Of a stretch of 64,000 bases of DNA, positions 11,194 through 26,204 are shown one piece after another. The position numbers were made by a program, and so were the translations under genes. The notes under the pieces were generated by a model. The model did not search any database, was not told the origin of the DNA, and saw only the letters and a list, made by a program, of their open reading frames with translations. Source of the DNA: Nannocystis bainbridge. GTDB taxonomy: Bacteria > Myxococcota_A > Polyangia > Nannocystales > Nannocystaceae. Position 1 is the first letter of the stretch; each line of letters begins with the position of its first letter. The stretch covers positions 2,656,001-2,720,000 of the forward strand of contig NZ_JAQNDL010000003.1 of assembly GCF_028368995.1 (NCBI RefSeq). The letters are read 5' to 3'.

Positions 11194-11706
11194 ATGAAGA
11201 TCGGCATCGAACTGCTGCGCGACCCGACCCGCGTCCTCGACCTGTGGAAGCGCCTGTCCGCAAAGACATTCGGCAAGCAGCTGTTCGCGCGCGCCATCTC
11301 GCTGGCGGTGCCCTACACCGGCAGCATCTCGCCGCTGGTGCTCGAGCTCGAGGAGGGCCGCGCCAAGGTGCAGATGCGCGACCGCTGGGGCGTGCGCAAT
11401 CACCTCCGCAGCGTGCACGCGGTCGCGCTGATGAACCTCGGCGAGGCCGTGACGGGCCTGGCGGTGATGAGCCTGCTCCCGCCCGGGGCGCGAGGCATCG
11501 TGCGCGAGCTGGCGATGGAGTACGTGAAAAAGGCGCGCGGGACGATCACCGGCGACGCTCGCGTAGAGGTGCCTGCGGGCTCGGGGACGCATGAATTCGA
11601 GGTCACCGGCGAGCTCCGCAACAGCATCGGCGAGGTCGTCGCGCGGGTGCGGGCCCGCTGGCGCATCGACGTGCCCGAAGCCGACGGCGCCGCAGCCGCC
11701 AGCTGA
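11194..11706 (+). CDS. PaaI/hotdog-fold thioesterase (DUF4442-like)
   Basis: PYTGSI, VRNHLRSVHAVALMNLGE and EYVKKARG motifs. Confidence 0.85.
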   Translation: MKIGIELLRDPTRVLDLWKRLSAKTFGKQLFARAISLAVPYTGSISPLVLELEEGRAKVQMRDRWGVRNHLRSVHAVALMNLGEAVTGLAVMSLLPPGARGIVRELAMEYVKKARGTITGDARVEVPAGSGTHEFEVTGELRNSIGEVVARVRARWRIDVPEADGAAAAS

Positions 11707-12210
11707 GCTCACGGGGCTGTCGAACGAAAATTCCAAGCCGCCGCGACATGAAGCGACGGCCCCAGCTCACGGAGCGGACGCACGGCATGCGCGGCCGAGG
11801 CGGGTGCGCCGGCGACCACGCGGTGAAGCGCACGCGCGTGGTGCCGACGCGATCTCGCAGGCGCGACGCGTGAGCGCGAGCCGCCCGGCGAGAGGTCCGC
11901 GGTAGCTCCAGAGGACATGTCCTTCGGGACATCTTGTGCACGGCGCGTTCGTCCGGCGAGGCGGGTGAGGTGGCTCGGCGGTGGCAGGTCCTCCCGGTAG
12001 GCACCGCCCGCGCAACGCCGCGCGGGGAAGTGAGGAAGCGTCGGCCGCGGCGCCCCGTCGCTGCGCCGCGGTCGCTGCAGACGCATGTTTCACCCGGCCT
12101 CCGCGCGCGCCGGCGCGAGCGGCTGGCGACCGCGATCCGGCCCCGGCGCGCGGCCCTGGGCGCAGTCACGCGCGCGCCTGCGTGCTCGCGGGCTGATAGG
12201 CTCGCCGCGC

Positions 12211-13920
12211 ATGACCGCGAGCGCCTCGACCTTCCCTCCGCTGCTCGTCACCCCGCCGGCTGCCGGCTTCGATCGCGCCGCCGCGCGTGACCTGGTCAAA
12301 GAGTCAGGTCTCGCCGCCGCCCTGCACAAGCTGGTGCGGGCGCCGTTCGGGCACACGGTGCTGAGCCTGCGGGCGCTCGAGGCCGCGATCGAGGCGACCG
12401 ACCTGGCGCTGCAGGCCGGCGACGCGCTGCACGCGGCGCTGCTCGAGGACCTGGCCCGCGCCGGCTCGCTGGCGCTGCCGGAGCCGACCCGCGACCAGCG
12501 GATGTTCGTCGGCGCGTTCACCCTGACGGTCCTCGGCGACGCCACGGCGCCGCGGCTGGCCGTGGTCGCGCCGACGCCGGAGGTCCACGGCGAGCTCGAG
12601 TCGGACGGCCTCGAGGACCTGCTGGTCCGGCCCGCCCGCGAGGCGGTCAAGAGCGCGTTGACCATGGCCGGCAAGTACCTCGAGGTCCAGGCCCAACGGC
12701 AGCCGGGCGCCACCTCGGCGCGGCTCGACGAGCGCGAGGTGTGGGCGGTGACGACCCTGCACGCGTTCGTGCTGCAGCTCGCGGGCGCGCTGCGGCGGCT
12801 GACCCACGCCGGCCGCCTGCGGCCGTTCGGCGTGGCCCTGGCCCAGCGCAAGGTCGTGGTCGGCGAGCTGCGCTACGAGGGCTTCCAGGCCCGCGGCGCC
12901 GAGGGCCCCGCCAGCGACCTCAAGCCCGTCAAGCTGCAGGACATCGTCGGCAATCAGGAGTACCTGCAGGCCGGGCTCAAGCTGGCGCGCGACGTCGCCG
13001 CGTATGACCTCAAGGCCAGGCGCGGGCCCAAGCAGCTCAACCCGGTGCTGTTCGGCCTGGGCCGGCCCGGCTGCGGCAAGACGATCACCGCCCACGCGAT
13101 CGGCAACTACTTCCTCGACTTCTGCAAGCAGCGCGACGTCCCGGCCCGCTTCAAGGTCATCCGCCGCACCGACTGGGCCTCGTCGTACCAGAACGCCAGC
13201 GCGGCGACCCTGGTCAAGATCTTCAAGGAGGAGGTCTACGGGTTCGAGGGCGTGTGCGGGGTCTACTGGCCGGACATCGACACCGCGTTCGCCTCGCGCG
13301 GCTCGGGCGACCTGCGCTCGGAGGAGAAGAACAACCTCGGCGCGGTGTTCGGGATCTTCGACGGCACGCTGATCCCCAAGGACGGCAAGTGGTTCATGAT
13401 CTGCGACGCGAACTACATGCAGATGGACGAGGCGACGCGCTCGCGGATCGCCCAGAACCCGTTCACCGTGCGCGGGCCGACCACCGCCGACGACTACGTG
13501 CACCTGCTGCGCGACGTGCTGCTCGGCGACCTGCGGCCGTTCGTGGCCCACGGCGAGGACGCCGGCTGGGCCGAGGTCGGCGCCGACCTGGTCAAGGCCG
13601 ACCTCAGCGGCCGCTCGGTCGAGAGCGTGGCCAACAACATCCGCGCGTTCGTGCAGGACTTCGAGTACCCCGACGAGTACTTCCGCGCCGACTTCGAGCG
13701 CCGCCGGCAGCTTATCCACGAGCTGTCGCGCCGGGTCGACATCGCCGCGGTCCGGCGGGAGGTCGCCGACTACGTCAGCTTCCACCGCGAGGCCGAGGAG
13801 CGCGAGGCCAGGGACCGGTTCGAGCGCGAGGTCGAGGCGATGGTCCAGCAGCTCAACGCCGGCCGGGCCGCCACCGCCCGCGCGGCCGCGGCCGCGGCGC
13901 GAGAGATCGTCGGCGACTGA
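12211..13920 (+). CDS. AAA+ family ATPase with atypical Walker B
   Basis: Walker A GRPGCGKT; VYWPDID at the Walker B position; sensor-1 DAN; MDEATRSRI arginine-finger region. Confidence 0.8.
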   Translation: MTASASTFPPLLVTPPAAGFDRAAARDLVKESGLAAALHKLVRAPFGHTVLSLRALEAAIEATDLALQAGDALHAALLEDLARAGSLALPEPTRDQRMFVGAFTLTVLGDATAPRLAVVAPTPEVHGELESDGLEDLLVRPAREAVKSALTMAGKYLEVQAQRQPGATSARLDEREVWAVTTLHAFVLQLAGALRRLTHAGRLRPFGVALAQRKVVVGELRYEGFQARGAEGPASDLKPVKLQDIVGNQEYLQAGLKLARDVAAYDLKARRGPKQLNPVLFGLGRPGCGKTITAHAIGNYFLDFCKQRDVPARFKVIRRTDWASSYQNASAATLVKIFKEEVYGFEGVCGVYWPDIDTAFASRGSGDLRSEEKNNLGAVFGIFDGTLIPKDGKWFMICDANYMQMDEATRSRIAQNPFTVRGPTTADDYVHLLRDVLLGDLRPFVAHGEDAGWAEVGADLVKADLSGRSVESVANNIRAFVQDFEYPDEYFRADFERRRQLIHELSRRVDIAAVRREVADYVSFHREAEEREARDRFEREVEAMVQQLNAGRAATARAAAAAAREIVGD

Positions 13921-14876
13921 TGCTGTCCCCAGGGACATTGCCGCCAGGACATGCTGTTTCGGGCATGTCCTCGGGGACATGCCCCGAGGTGTGGGTGATC
14001 GACGCGACGGCGCTGCTGTTCCGCGCCTACTACGGGATGCCGGCCAGGCTGTCGCCGGCGGGCGAGCACGTCGGCGCGGTGCTGGGGCTCGGGCACCTGC
14101 TGCGCGGGCTGCTGCGGCGGGCGCCGGAGCGGGTGGTGCTGGTGTTCGACGCCGGGCGCATGACGTTTCGCAACCGCATCGACCCGCGCTACAAGGCCAA
14201 CCGTGGCGAGCCGCCGCCCGACCTGGCGCCGCAGTTCGAGCTGGCGCGGCGGCTCGGCGCGGCGGCCGGGTTCGTGGCGCTGAGCGTGCCCGACTTCGAG
14301 GCCGACGACCTGATGGCGACGCTGGCCCGCGGGGCGGCGGCGGCCGGCCTGCGCACGCGGCTGCTGAGCGTCGACAAGGACCTGTGCCAGCTCGTATGCG
14401 ACGAGTCGCCCGGGGTGGTGCTCGAGGACCCGCGCACGCAGGCGGTCTGCGACGCGGCCGGGGTGCAGCAGCGCATGGGCGTGCGGCCGTCGCAGGTGGT
14501 CGACTACATGGCGCTGGTCGGCGACACCAGCGACAACGTGCCCGGGGTCGCAGGCGTGGGGCCCAAGGCGGCCCAGGCCCTCATCGCCGCGTTCGGCGAC
14601 CTCGATTCGCTGTACGCCTCGCTCGGGCAGGTCGCCACGCTGCCGCTGCGCGGGGCCAAGGGGCTCTCGGCCAGGCTCGAGGCCGGGCGCGAGGCGGCCT
14701 TCCTCGCGCGCACGCTGGTGCGGCTCCACGACGCGGTCCCGCTCGGCGCGCTCGACCTACACGCGCACACGCGCTGGCGCGGGCCAGGCGAGGACGCGGA
14801 GGAATTCTTCGCCGCGCTCGGCAGCCCGGGCGCGCTCCGCGGGTTCAGGTCGATCGCGGCGCAGGATCGTGCGTGA
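13920..14876 (+). CDS. 5'-3' exonuclease / flap endonuclease (PolI N-terminal-like)
   Basis: VIDATALLFRAYYG, VFDA, YKANR, FEADD, DKD and LVGDTSDNVPGVAGVGPK (H3TH). Start is 13920 (TGATG overlap) or 13965. Confidence 0.9.
   Translation: MLSPGTLPPGHAVSGMSSGTCPEVWVIDATALLFRAYYGMPARLSPAGEHVGAVLGLGHLLRGLLRRAPERVVLVFDAGRMTFRNRIDPRYKANRGEPPPDLAPQFELARRLGAAAGFVALSVPDFEADDLMATLARGAAAAGLRTRLLSVDKDLCQLVCDESPGVVLEDPRTQAVCDAAGVQQRMGVRPSQVVDYMALVGDTSDNVPGVAGVGPKAAQALIAAFGDLDSLYASLGQVATLPLRGAKGLSARLEAGREAAFLARTLVRLHDAVPLGALDLHAHTRWRGPGEDAEEFFAALGSPGALRGFRSIAAQDRA
13924..13979. repeat. Phased 4 x 14-bp array of TGTC-N6-GACA variants
   Basis: TGTCCCCAGGGACA|TTGCCGCCAGGACA|TGCTGTTTCGGGCA|TGTCCTCGGGGACA. Confidence 0.85.
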
Positions 14877-14918
14877 GGGACAAGCGCGCGCCGACGCGGT
14901 AGGCTGGCCCGGTCCTCG

Positions 14919-16163
14919 ATGGCGACCGGCCCCGAAATCGCGTCACCGCCCGAAAGTCCGCCGCCGCCGGGCCACTCGCGCGCGCTGGCGACGGTGTGGT
15001 TCACGCTCTTCCTCGACCTGGTGTCGTTCGGGATCGTCATCCCGGTGCTGCCCTTCTACGCCAAGAGCACCGGCGCGTCGGAGGGCCTGATCGCGCTGCT
15101 GGCGACCGCGTACTCGGCGGCGCAGTTCGTGATGTCGCCGGTGCTCGGCCGCCTCAGCGATCGCCACGGCCGACGCCCGGTGATGCTGATCTCGATCGCC
15201 GGCAGCACGATGGCGATGCTGACCCTCGGGTTCGCGCAGGCGCTGTGGATGCTGTTCCTGTCGCGCACGATCAGCGGGGTGTGCAACGCCAACGTGTCGA
15301 CCGCGTACGCCTACGTGGCCGACCGCGTGCCGCCGCACCAGCGCGCCCGCTACATGGGCATGATGGGCACCGCGGTCGGCCTCGGCTTCATCGTCGGGCC
15401 GTCGCTCGGCGGCCTGCTGGCGCGCGCCGACTGGCCGCAGTTCCCGTTCTTCGTCGGCGCGGGGCTCAGCCTGCTCAACTTCTTGATGGCGCTGGTGTGG
15501 CTGCCCGAGAGCCACCGCCAGCGCGCGGCCGCCAGCGCCGGTCCGCCGCCGCCGCGCCCGTCGCTGCTGGCGGTGGCCCGCGATCGCACGTTCTGGCGCA
15601 GCCAGATCGGCGTGATGGTGACGGTCTACTTCGCCTTCTTCTGCGCCTTTGCGGCCATGGAGGCGACCTTCGCCCTGTTCACCGAGGCCTGCTTCGGCTG
15701 GGGCGAGCAGCAGACCGGCCGGTTCTTCGCGTTCGTCGGCACGGTCATCGTCCTGTTCCAGGGCTTCCTGGTCGGCCGCGCGGTGGCCCGCCTCGGCGAG
15801 CGCCGCACGCTGGCCTCCGGCCTGATGATGAGCACCACCGGCTTCGTGCTGCTGTGCATGTCGCCGTCGTGGCTGTTCGTGCTGTTCGGCGGGTTCTTCA
15901 TCGCCGGCGGCAACGGCCTCATCATGCCGAGCATGTCGGCCCTGGTGTCGCGCAACAGCACCAGCGAGAACCAGGGCATCAACGCCGGCTTCACCCAGTC
16001 GGCCGGCGCGCTCGGGCGCATCGCCGGGCCGATGATCGCGGGGGTCCTGTTCGAGGTGGTCGGGCCGCGCGCGCCGATGGGCTCGTCGGCGCTGCTGGTG
16101 GTGCTGGTGTGCGTGATGGTGCTGGCGCGGGTCCACGAGCAGCGCCCCGAGCCCGGGCGCTGA
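14919..16163 (+). CDS. MFS transporter (TetA/DHA1-like)
   Basis: Motif A GRLSDRHGRRPV, GFIVGPSLGG and about 12 hydrophobic segments. Confidence 0.9.
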   Translation: MATGPEIASPPESPPPPGHSRALATVWFTLFLDLVSFGIVIPVLPFYAKSTGASEGLIALLATAYSAAQFVMSPVLGRLSDRHGRRPVMLISIAGSTMAMLTLGFAQALWMLFLSRTISGVCNANVSTAYAYVADRVPPHQRARYMGMMGTAVGLGFIVGPSLGGLLARADWPQFPFFVGAGLSLLNFLMALVWLPESHRQRAAASAGPPPPRPSLLAVARDRTFWRSQIGVMVTVYFAFFCAFAAMEATFALFTEACFGWGEQQTGRFFAFVGTVIVLFQGFLVGRAVARLGERRTLASGLMMSTTGFVLLCMSPSWLFVLFGGFFIAGGNGLIMPSMSALVSRNSTSENQGINAGFTQSAGALGRIAGPMIAGVLFEVVGPRAPMGSSALLVVLVCVMVLARVHEQRPEPGR

Positions 16164-16167
16164 GGTC

Positions 16168-16860
16168 CTAGCGATCGCGCTGCAGCCGGCCGTCCTCGCC
16201 CCAGCTCGAGGTGCGATAGGCGACGAGGCCGCTGCCGGGATGGTGCCGGTCGGGGTGAATGGTGCGCACGTGGACGTGCTGCGACGGACCCCAGCCGAAC
16301 CCGAGCGAGAGCCGGCCGATCGTCAGCGCCTCGGTGGTCGCGCCGAGCAGCCGCAGCTTCGCGTCGTCGCGGCTGACGCCGGCGAAGTAGCCCTCCTGCG
16401 CCTGCAAGACGGTGTGCACGAGGTGGGCCGGCGCGTCGCCGCGCGCACGGGCCCGCGACCACACGAGCGCCGCGAGCTCGTCGAGCCGGTCGTAGCGGAC
16501 CACCACGAACGAGGCGACGCGACAGACGAAGGTGTCGTCGCCGGCGAACACCACCTCGGCCTCGACCTCGACGGGCACGCGCACGCCGTCGGGGCCCTCG
16601 ACGAACAGGTCGCCGCGCGTCGACTCGAGCCGCAGCTCGGCGCCGGCCGAGAAGTCGGTCGGGCCGACCGGGGTGACGATCGTCGGCCAGTCGCGCAGAT
16701 CCGCCCCCCAGCGGTCGAGGTGATGGTGCGCGACGAAGCGCTCGTGATCGAAGCTGCCGACGTCGCCGAGCCGCAGCTCGCCGGAGAACGGCGGCCACGC
16801 CCCGAAGCCCAGCTCCATGACGCGGCTCGTGTGACGATTCCAGGCGCTGGACAGACTCAT
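16168..16860 (-). CDS. Hypothetical protein, gasdermin-like pore-forming fold suspected
   Basis: 230 aa, GAGGGA RBS, normal codon usage. The patterns GFGAWPP...LRLGDVG.F....F, EVVF....FV and LVHTVLQA resemble bacterial/fungal gasdermin-like proteins (by eye). Confidence 0.55.
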   Translation of the reverse strand: MSLSSAWNRHTSRVMELGFGAWPPFSGELRLGDVGSFDHERFVAHHHLDRWGADLRDWPTIVTPVGPTDFSAGAELRLESTRGDLFVEGPDGVRVPVEVEAEVVFAGDDTFVCRVASFVVVRYDRLDELAALVWSRARARGDAPAHLVHTVLQAQEGYFAGVSRDDAKLRLLGATTEALTIGRLSLGFGWGPSQHVHVRTIHPDRHHPGSGLVAYRTSSWGEDGRLQRDR

Positions 16861-16946
16861 CGATCCCTCGTACGAGGCATAGCAATCGCCCGCGTGATCG
16901 CCTGTATCACTCGAGAATTTTTTCGCAGCGATTACGCTTCGCATAC

Positions 16947-17789
16947 ATGACCCAAATCGACGAGATCACGGCACGCGCCGCCGCCGCCGTGGCCACCGCG
17001 GACGCGCTCCTGATCTGCGCAGGCGCCGGCATGGGCGTCGATTCCGGGTTGCCCGACTTTCGCGGGCCCGAGGGCTTCTGGCGCGCGTATCCGGCGGCCC
17101 GCGAGCTCGGGCTCCAGTTCCACGACCTCGCCGACCCGCGGTGGTTCACCCGCGATCCGGCCCTCGCCTGGGGCTTCTACGGCCACCGCCTGAACCTGTA
17201 TCGCGCGACAGCGCCGCACGCCGGCTTCGCGCTGCTCCGGCGCTGGGCCGCGCGCACGCCCGCGGGGGCGTTCGTCTACACGTCGAACGTGGACGGGCAG
17301 TTCCAGCGCGCGGGCTTCTCCGAGGCGCAGGTCGAAGAGTGCCACGGATCGATCTTGCACCTGCAATGTCTGCAGGGCTGCGACCTGCCGCCCTGGCCCG
17401 TCCCGCAGGCGGCCGTGTCGGTCGATGTCGCGACGCTGCGCGCCGCCCCTCCGTTCTTCACGTGCCCGCGCTGCGCCGGGCTGGCCCGCCCCAACATCAT
17501 GATGTTCAGCGATTTCGCGTGGGACTCGACCCGCGCGAACGAGCAGCGCGAACGCTCGCGCGCGTGGCTGCAGGCGCAGGAGCAGGCGGGCGCGCGCGTG
17601 GCGGTGATCTGCCTCGGCTCGGGCACCGCGATCCAGACGGTGCGCCTGACGGCCGAACGCGCGGCCCGTCGCCCCGGCAATACGCTGATCCGCATCAACC
17701 CCCGCGACCCATGGGTGCCGAGCGGCCAGCTCTCGCTGGCCACGGGGGCGCTCGCAGGCCTGACGGCGATCGACGCAGCGCTGGGCTGA
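16947..17789 (+). CDS. SIR2/sirtuin family NAD-dependent deacylase
   Basis: GAGMGVDSGLPDFRG, TSNVDG, ECHGS, Zn-ribbon Cys pairs, RPNIMMF and IRINP. Confidence 0.9.
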   Translation: MTQIDEITARAAAAVATADALLICAGAGMGVDSGLPDFRGPEGFWRAYPAARELGLQFHDLADPRWFTRDPALAWGFYGHRLNLYRATAPHAGFALLRRWAARTPAGAFVYTSNVDGQFQRAGFSEAQVEECHGSILHLQCLQGCDLPPWPVPQAAVSVDVATLRAAPPFFTCPRCAGLARPNIMMFSDFAWDSTRANEQRERSRAWLQAQEQAGARVAVICLGSGTAIQTVRLTAERAARRPGNTLIRINPRDPWVPSGQLSLATGALAGLTAIDAALG

Positions 17790-17928
17790 TCCCCGCGTTC
17801 TTTAATAATTGAGGTATGCCTGAACGACATGTCTCTCGAGACATGTGACGTGCATCGGCGCCTGCGATCACGGGGTGCTGTGAATGATGTCACCGCGGCG
17901 CGGAGCCGGGCCTGCGCAGTCCCAGCAT

Positions 17929-18609
17929 TCATGTCCTTTCAGACATGTGTCGATCGGTCCTGTCACTCGCTGCGGCGCACGCCGTCTCGGCGCGGCCGGT
18001 GAACGCGGCGACGAAGGCCGGGTGGCGGGCGATGAGGGCCAGGGCGCGGGCCAGGAGGGTGCGGCCGGGCTCGACGCGGTGCCAGGTCGAGGCGCCGCTC
18101 GGGTGCGGCAGGCAGATCGCGTCGGCCTCGACCCCGTGCCAGCGGACCCGCCGGGCCTCGCCGATCACCTCGACCAGCGGGCCCTTGTGGCCGAGGACTT
18201 GCTCGATCGCCACGCCGCCGACCGGGATCACGAGCCGCGGCTGCAGGATGTCGACCTCGCCGGCCAGGAATTGTTGGCAGCGCGCCATCTCGTCGCGGTC
18301 CGGCTTGCGGTCGCCGCCGCCGCCCGCCTTGCCGGGGAAGCAGCGCGCGACCGCCGACATGTACACGCTGTCGCGGAACTCCTGCTCGCTGCGACCGGCG
18401 GCGGCCTCGAACCAGCGGAACAGGGTCTTGCCGGCCGTCCACGCGAACGGTCGCCCGAACCCGCCCTCGCGCGGACCGGGTGCCTGGCCGACGAGCAGCA
18501 CGGGCGTGACGATCGGCGGGCCGTGCACGACGGGGCCGATCATCGCCGGGCAGGCCGTGCACGCCTCCAGCTGTCGGTGCAGCACGGTCAGTCGAGTTCG
18601 CGGGTCCAT
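17929..18609 (-). CDS. Uracil-DNA glycosylase family protein
   Basis: CxxC..M, LVGQAPG..E, RPFAWTAG, RCFPG and LPHPSG motifs. Confidence 0.88.
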   Translation of the reverse strand: MDPRTRLTVLHRQLEACTACPAMIGPVVHGPPIVTPVLLVGQAPGPREGGFGRPFAWTAGKTLFRWFEAAAGRSEQEFRDSVYMSAVARCFPGKAGGGGDRKPDRDEMARCQQFLAGEVDILQPRLVIPVGGVAIEQVLGHKGPLVEVIGEARRVRWHGVEADAICLPHPSGASTWHRVEPGRTLLARALALIARHPAFVAAFTGRAETACAAASDRTDRHMSERT

Positions 18610-18841
18610 CGTGGGGCGTCGCGCGGCAGTGTGAATCACGCCTCGTGGGCGCGCCAGCGCGCACGCGAGGACTCACGCGCGCGCGGCCCTGCCGCCGCTG
18701 CCCGCGGTGCGGGCGTCGGCGACGGGCTTCACCTGGCCCGAGGACCATCCGTGAGCGGCGTACTCTGCCTGTCCCAAAGGCCAGCTACGTCGCGGCTTCA
18801 GTCTGTCGCGCCAGGGCGGACTGGCAATGATACGACCTGGC

Positions 18842-19165
18842 CTAACGGCCAGCTTCGTTGGCCGCCAGCGCGGAGGCATGGTTCTCGACCAGCGCGACCA
18901 GGCGCGACAGGCCGAGCTTGCGCACCAGCACGGCGGGCCGCGAGCGCTCGCGGAGCAGCCGGCGGGTGGTCTGCACGGCGACGTGGCTGTTGACCTCGGT
19001 GACGATGACGACGAGGTCGCTGCGGTCGACCAATCGCTCGAGCTCGAGCGAGGCGCTGCCCCGCATGTAGCCGGTGTGGTGCTCGACCTCGTGGCCCATC
19101 GCGCGCACAGCGCGCTGGTAGCTCTGTTCGCTCCGATCGAGGCCGCCGACGATGCCCACGCGCAT
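18842..19165 (-). CDS. DUF2325-like small protein
   Basis: MRVGIVGG...DLVVIVTEVNSH pattern. Confidence 0.75.
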   Translation of the reverse strand: MRVGIVGGLDRSEQSYQRAVRAMGHEVEHHTGYMRGSASLELERLVDRSDLVVIVTEVNSHVAVQTTRRLLRERSRPAVLVRKLGLSRLVALVENHASALAANEAGR

Positions 19166-19171
19166 GCCACT

Positions 19172-19200
19172 ACAGTATTTCATCAAAATGGAATTTTCAA
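19172..19200 (-). promoter_or_regulatory. Sigma70-type promoter giving a leaderless transcript of the DUF2325 gene
   Basis: Minus strand reads TTGAAA-17 nt-TACTGT-6 nt-ATG; AT-rich inverted repeat AAAAT-N3-ATTTT overlaps it. Confidence 0.55.
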
Positions 19201-19500
19201 GTTGCTGAACGTCCCGGGCGGCTCCGGGCGAGGCCGCCGCCCGGCGGCGCCTGCGGCTCCAGAGGCTCCAGAGGGCCGAGAACCGGGCGTTGCACAAAAG
19301 ATAAGCGGGCTGAGCCGGCTCCATGGCACGAGAGGAATTTCCGCTATTCTGAAGAACGTGCGATCCCCCGCCCCGCCGCCATGCTGACCCTGCTCCTCGT
19401 AAGCCTCTGGCGCGCCCACTGCCGCCGTCGCCGCGCGGCCGCCGCAGGGGCCGCTTGAGCGCTTTGCGCGAGGCCGCGCGGGGTCTAGGGCGCGAGGGCT

Positions 19501-22278
<2,778 letters not shown>

Positions 22279-22294
22279 CAGCTACCTCGAAGAA

Positions 22295-25021
<2,727 letters not shown>

Positions 25022-25025
25022 ATCC

Positions 25026-26000
25026 TCAGGGTACGATCTTGCCGCTCTGAATCAAACCGCCGGAAGCGAACGGAGCGCCGCAGGTCGGGATGCTGCAGCC
25101 GAGCGCCGGGAGCGGCAAACGGCTGTTGCTCGGATTCAGACAGACCGCGCCGTTCGGTCCCCACTCAGCCTCGACGACGTAGGGCTTGTTCGGGTCGACG
25201 TTCTGGATGCCGATCTGATCGAGGACGTGGATCGGCGTGCCGAGCAACGTGTGCGACTGTCCGTCGCCGCAGTAGTCCGCGCGCAACATTCGTGTACAGG
25301 CCTGATGGTAGTCGGCCAGCGACGTGCCGTTCTTGCTCGCCCACGGGCGGTAGCCGAACAGCACGCACTTGGCGAGACCGCCGTCTTTGCAGGCGAACGT
25401 GATCGCCTTGTCGGGCCTCGGCGAGACCTTCGCGCCGGTGGCCGGATCCCAGACGTCGTTCAGGAGCAACGCCCGAGTGCGCTTGCCCGCCTGGTCGATG
25501 CACAGCGGATCGTTGTGCAGCGAGACCTGGAGATCCATGTCGTACTCCCACACGTCCGAGAAGCCGGCCACAGGATAAGCGAACTTGAGCCAGACATACT
25601 TCCAGTAGGTCGTCGCGCCTTCCTTCACCTTGAAGTCGAAGGTCGTGTCCTCGACCTCCCAGTCGGTGTAGCCGCCGACATTGAGCATCCCGCCCACCAG
25701 CGAGCCGGTGTTCACATAGTCGCCGTCGGGCAGCCAGATGTCGTAGAGCTGGATGTAGTCGGTCTGGCTCCCGTCCCGGTAGAGCTTCGTGTTATTGAGC
25801 CTGCTGCCGTTGAGGTTCCAACCGTTGAGGTTCCAGCCGTTGAGGTTCCAGCCGTTCTCATGGGCGCTGCGCGTCCGAACGGCCTCTTCTTCGCCGAAGC
25901 CCGCTCCCTCGTCTTCCCCATCCACCCCGTCGCAGCCGAGACACCCGAACGCGAGCACCACCGCACCACTCACCACCACCACGCCAGTCTTGAACGCCAT
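25026..26000 (-). CDS. ADYC-domain secreted protein/lipoprotein with NGWNL pentapeptide repeats
   Basis: GGAGGA RBS, signal/lipobox-like GCLGC, (NGWNL)x3, ACTRMLRADYCGDG and EAEWGPNGAVC. Confidence 0.85.
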   Translation of the reverse strand: MAFKTGVVVVSGAVVLAFGCLGCDGVDGEDEGAGFGEEEAVRTRSAHENGWNLNGWNLNGWNLNGSRLNNTKLYRDGSQTDYIQLYDIWLPDGDYVNTGSLVGGMLNVGGYTDWEVEDTTFDFKVKEGATTYWKYVWLKFAYPVAGFSDVWEYDMDLQVSLHNDPLCIDQAGKRTRALLLNDVWDPATGAKVSPRPDKAITFACKDGGLAKCVLFGYRPWASKNGTSLADYHQACTRMLRADYCGDGQSHTLLGTPIHVLDQIGIQNVDPNKPYVVEAEWGPNGAVCLNPSNSRLPLPALGCSIPTCGAPFASGGLIQSGKIVP

Positions 26001-26204
26001 CGTTCTCTCCTCCGCGAAAAGAAAACCGCTTATCTTCGATCCTATCCGTCGCTGCCGGCGGCGTGAAGGCTCGGGGGCTGGGCGAGAACGCGCGTGCGTG
26101 ATTCACGGGCTTTTGCGGCTGCCTGGGGGGTTTGGGGTCGGCTCACGTCGAGACGTGGCGCGCCGCGGGTCGCTCCTTCTATGATGGGGGGGACCTCTGC
26201 TGCG

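Noticed and set aside
16947-17789. Sirtuin as a Thoeris/DSR-type NADase defence effector
   Set aside because: It retains the Zn-ribbon and deacylase-type motifs and has no fused sensor domain.
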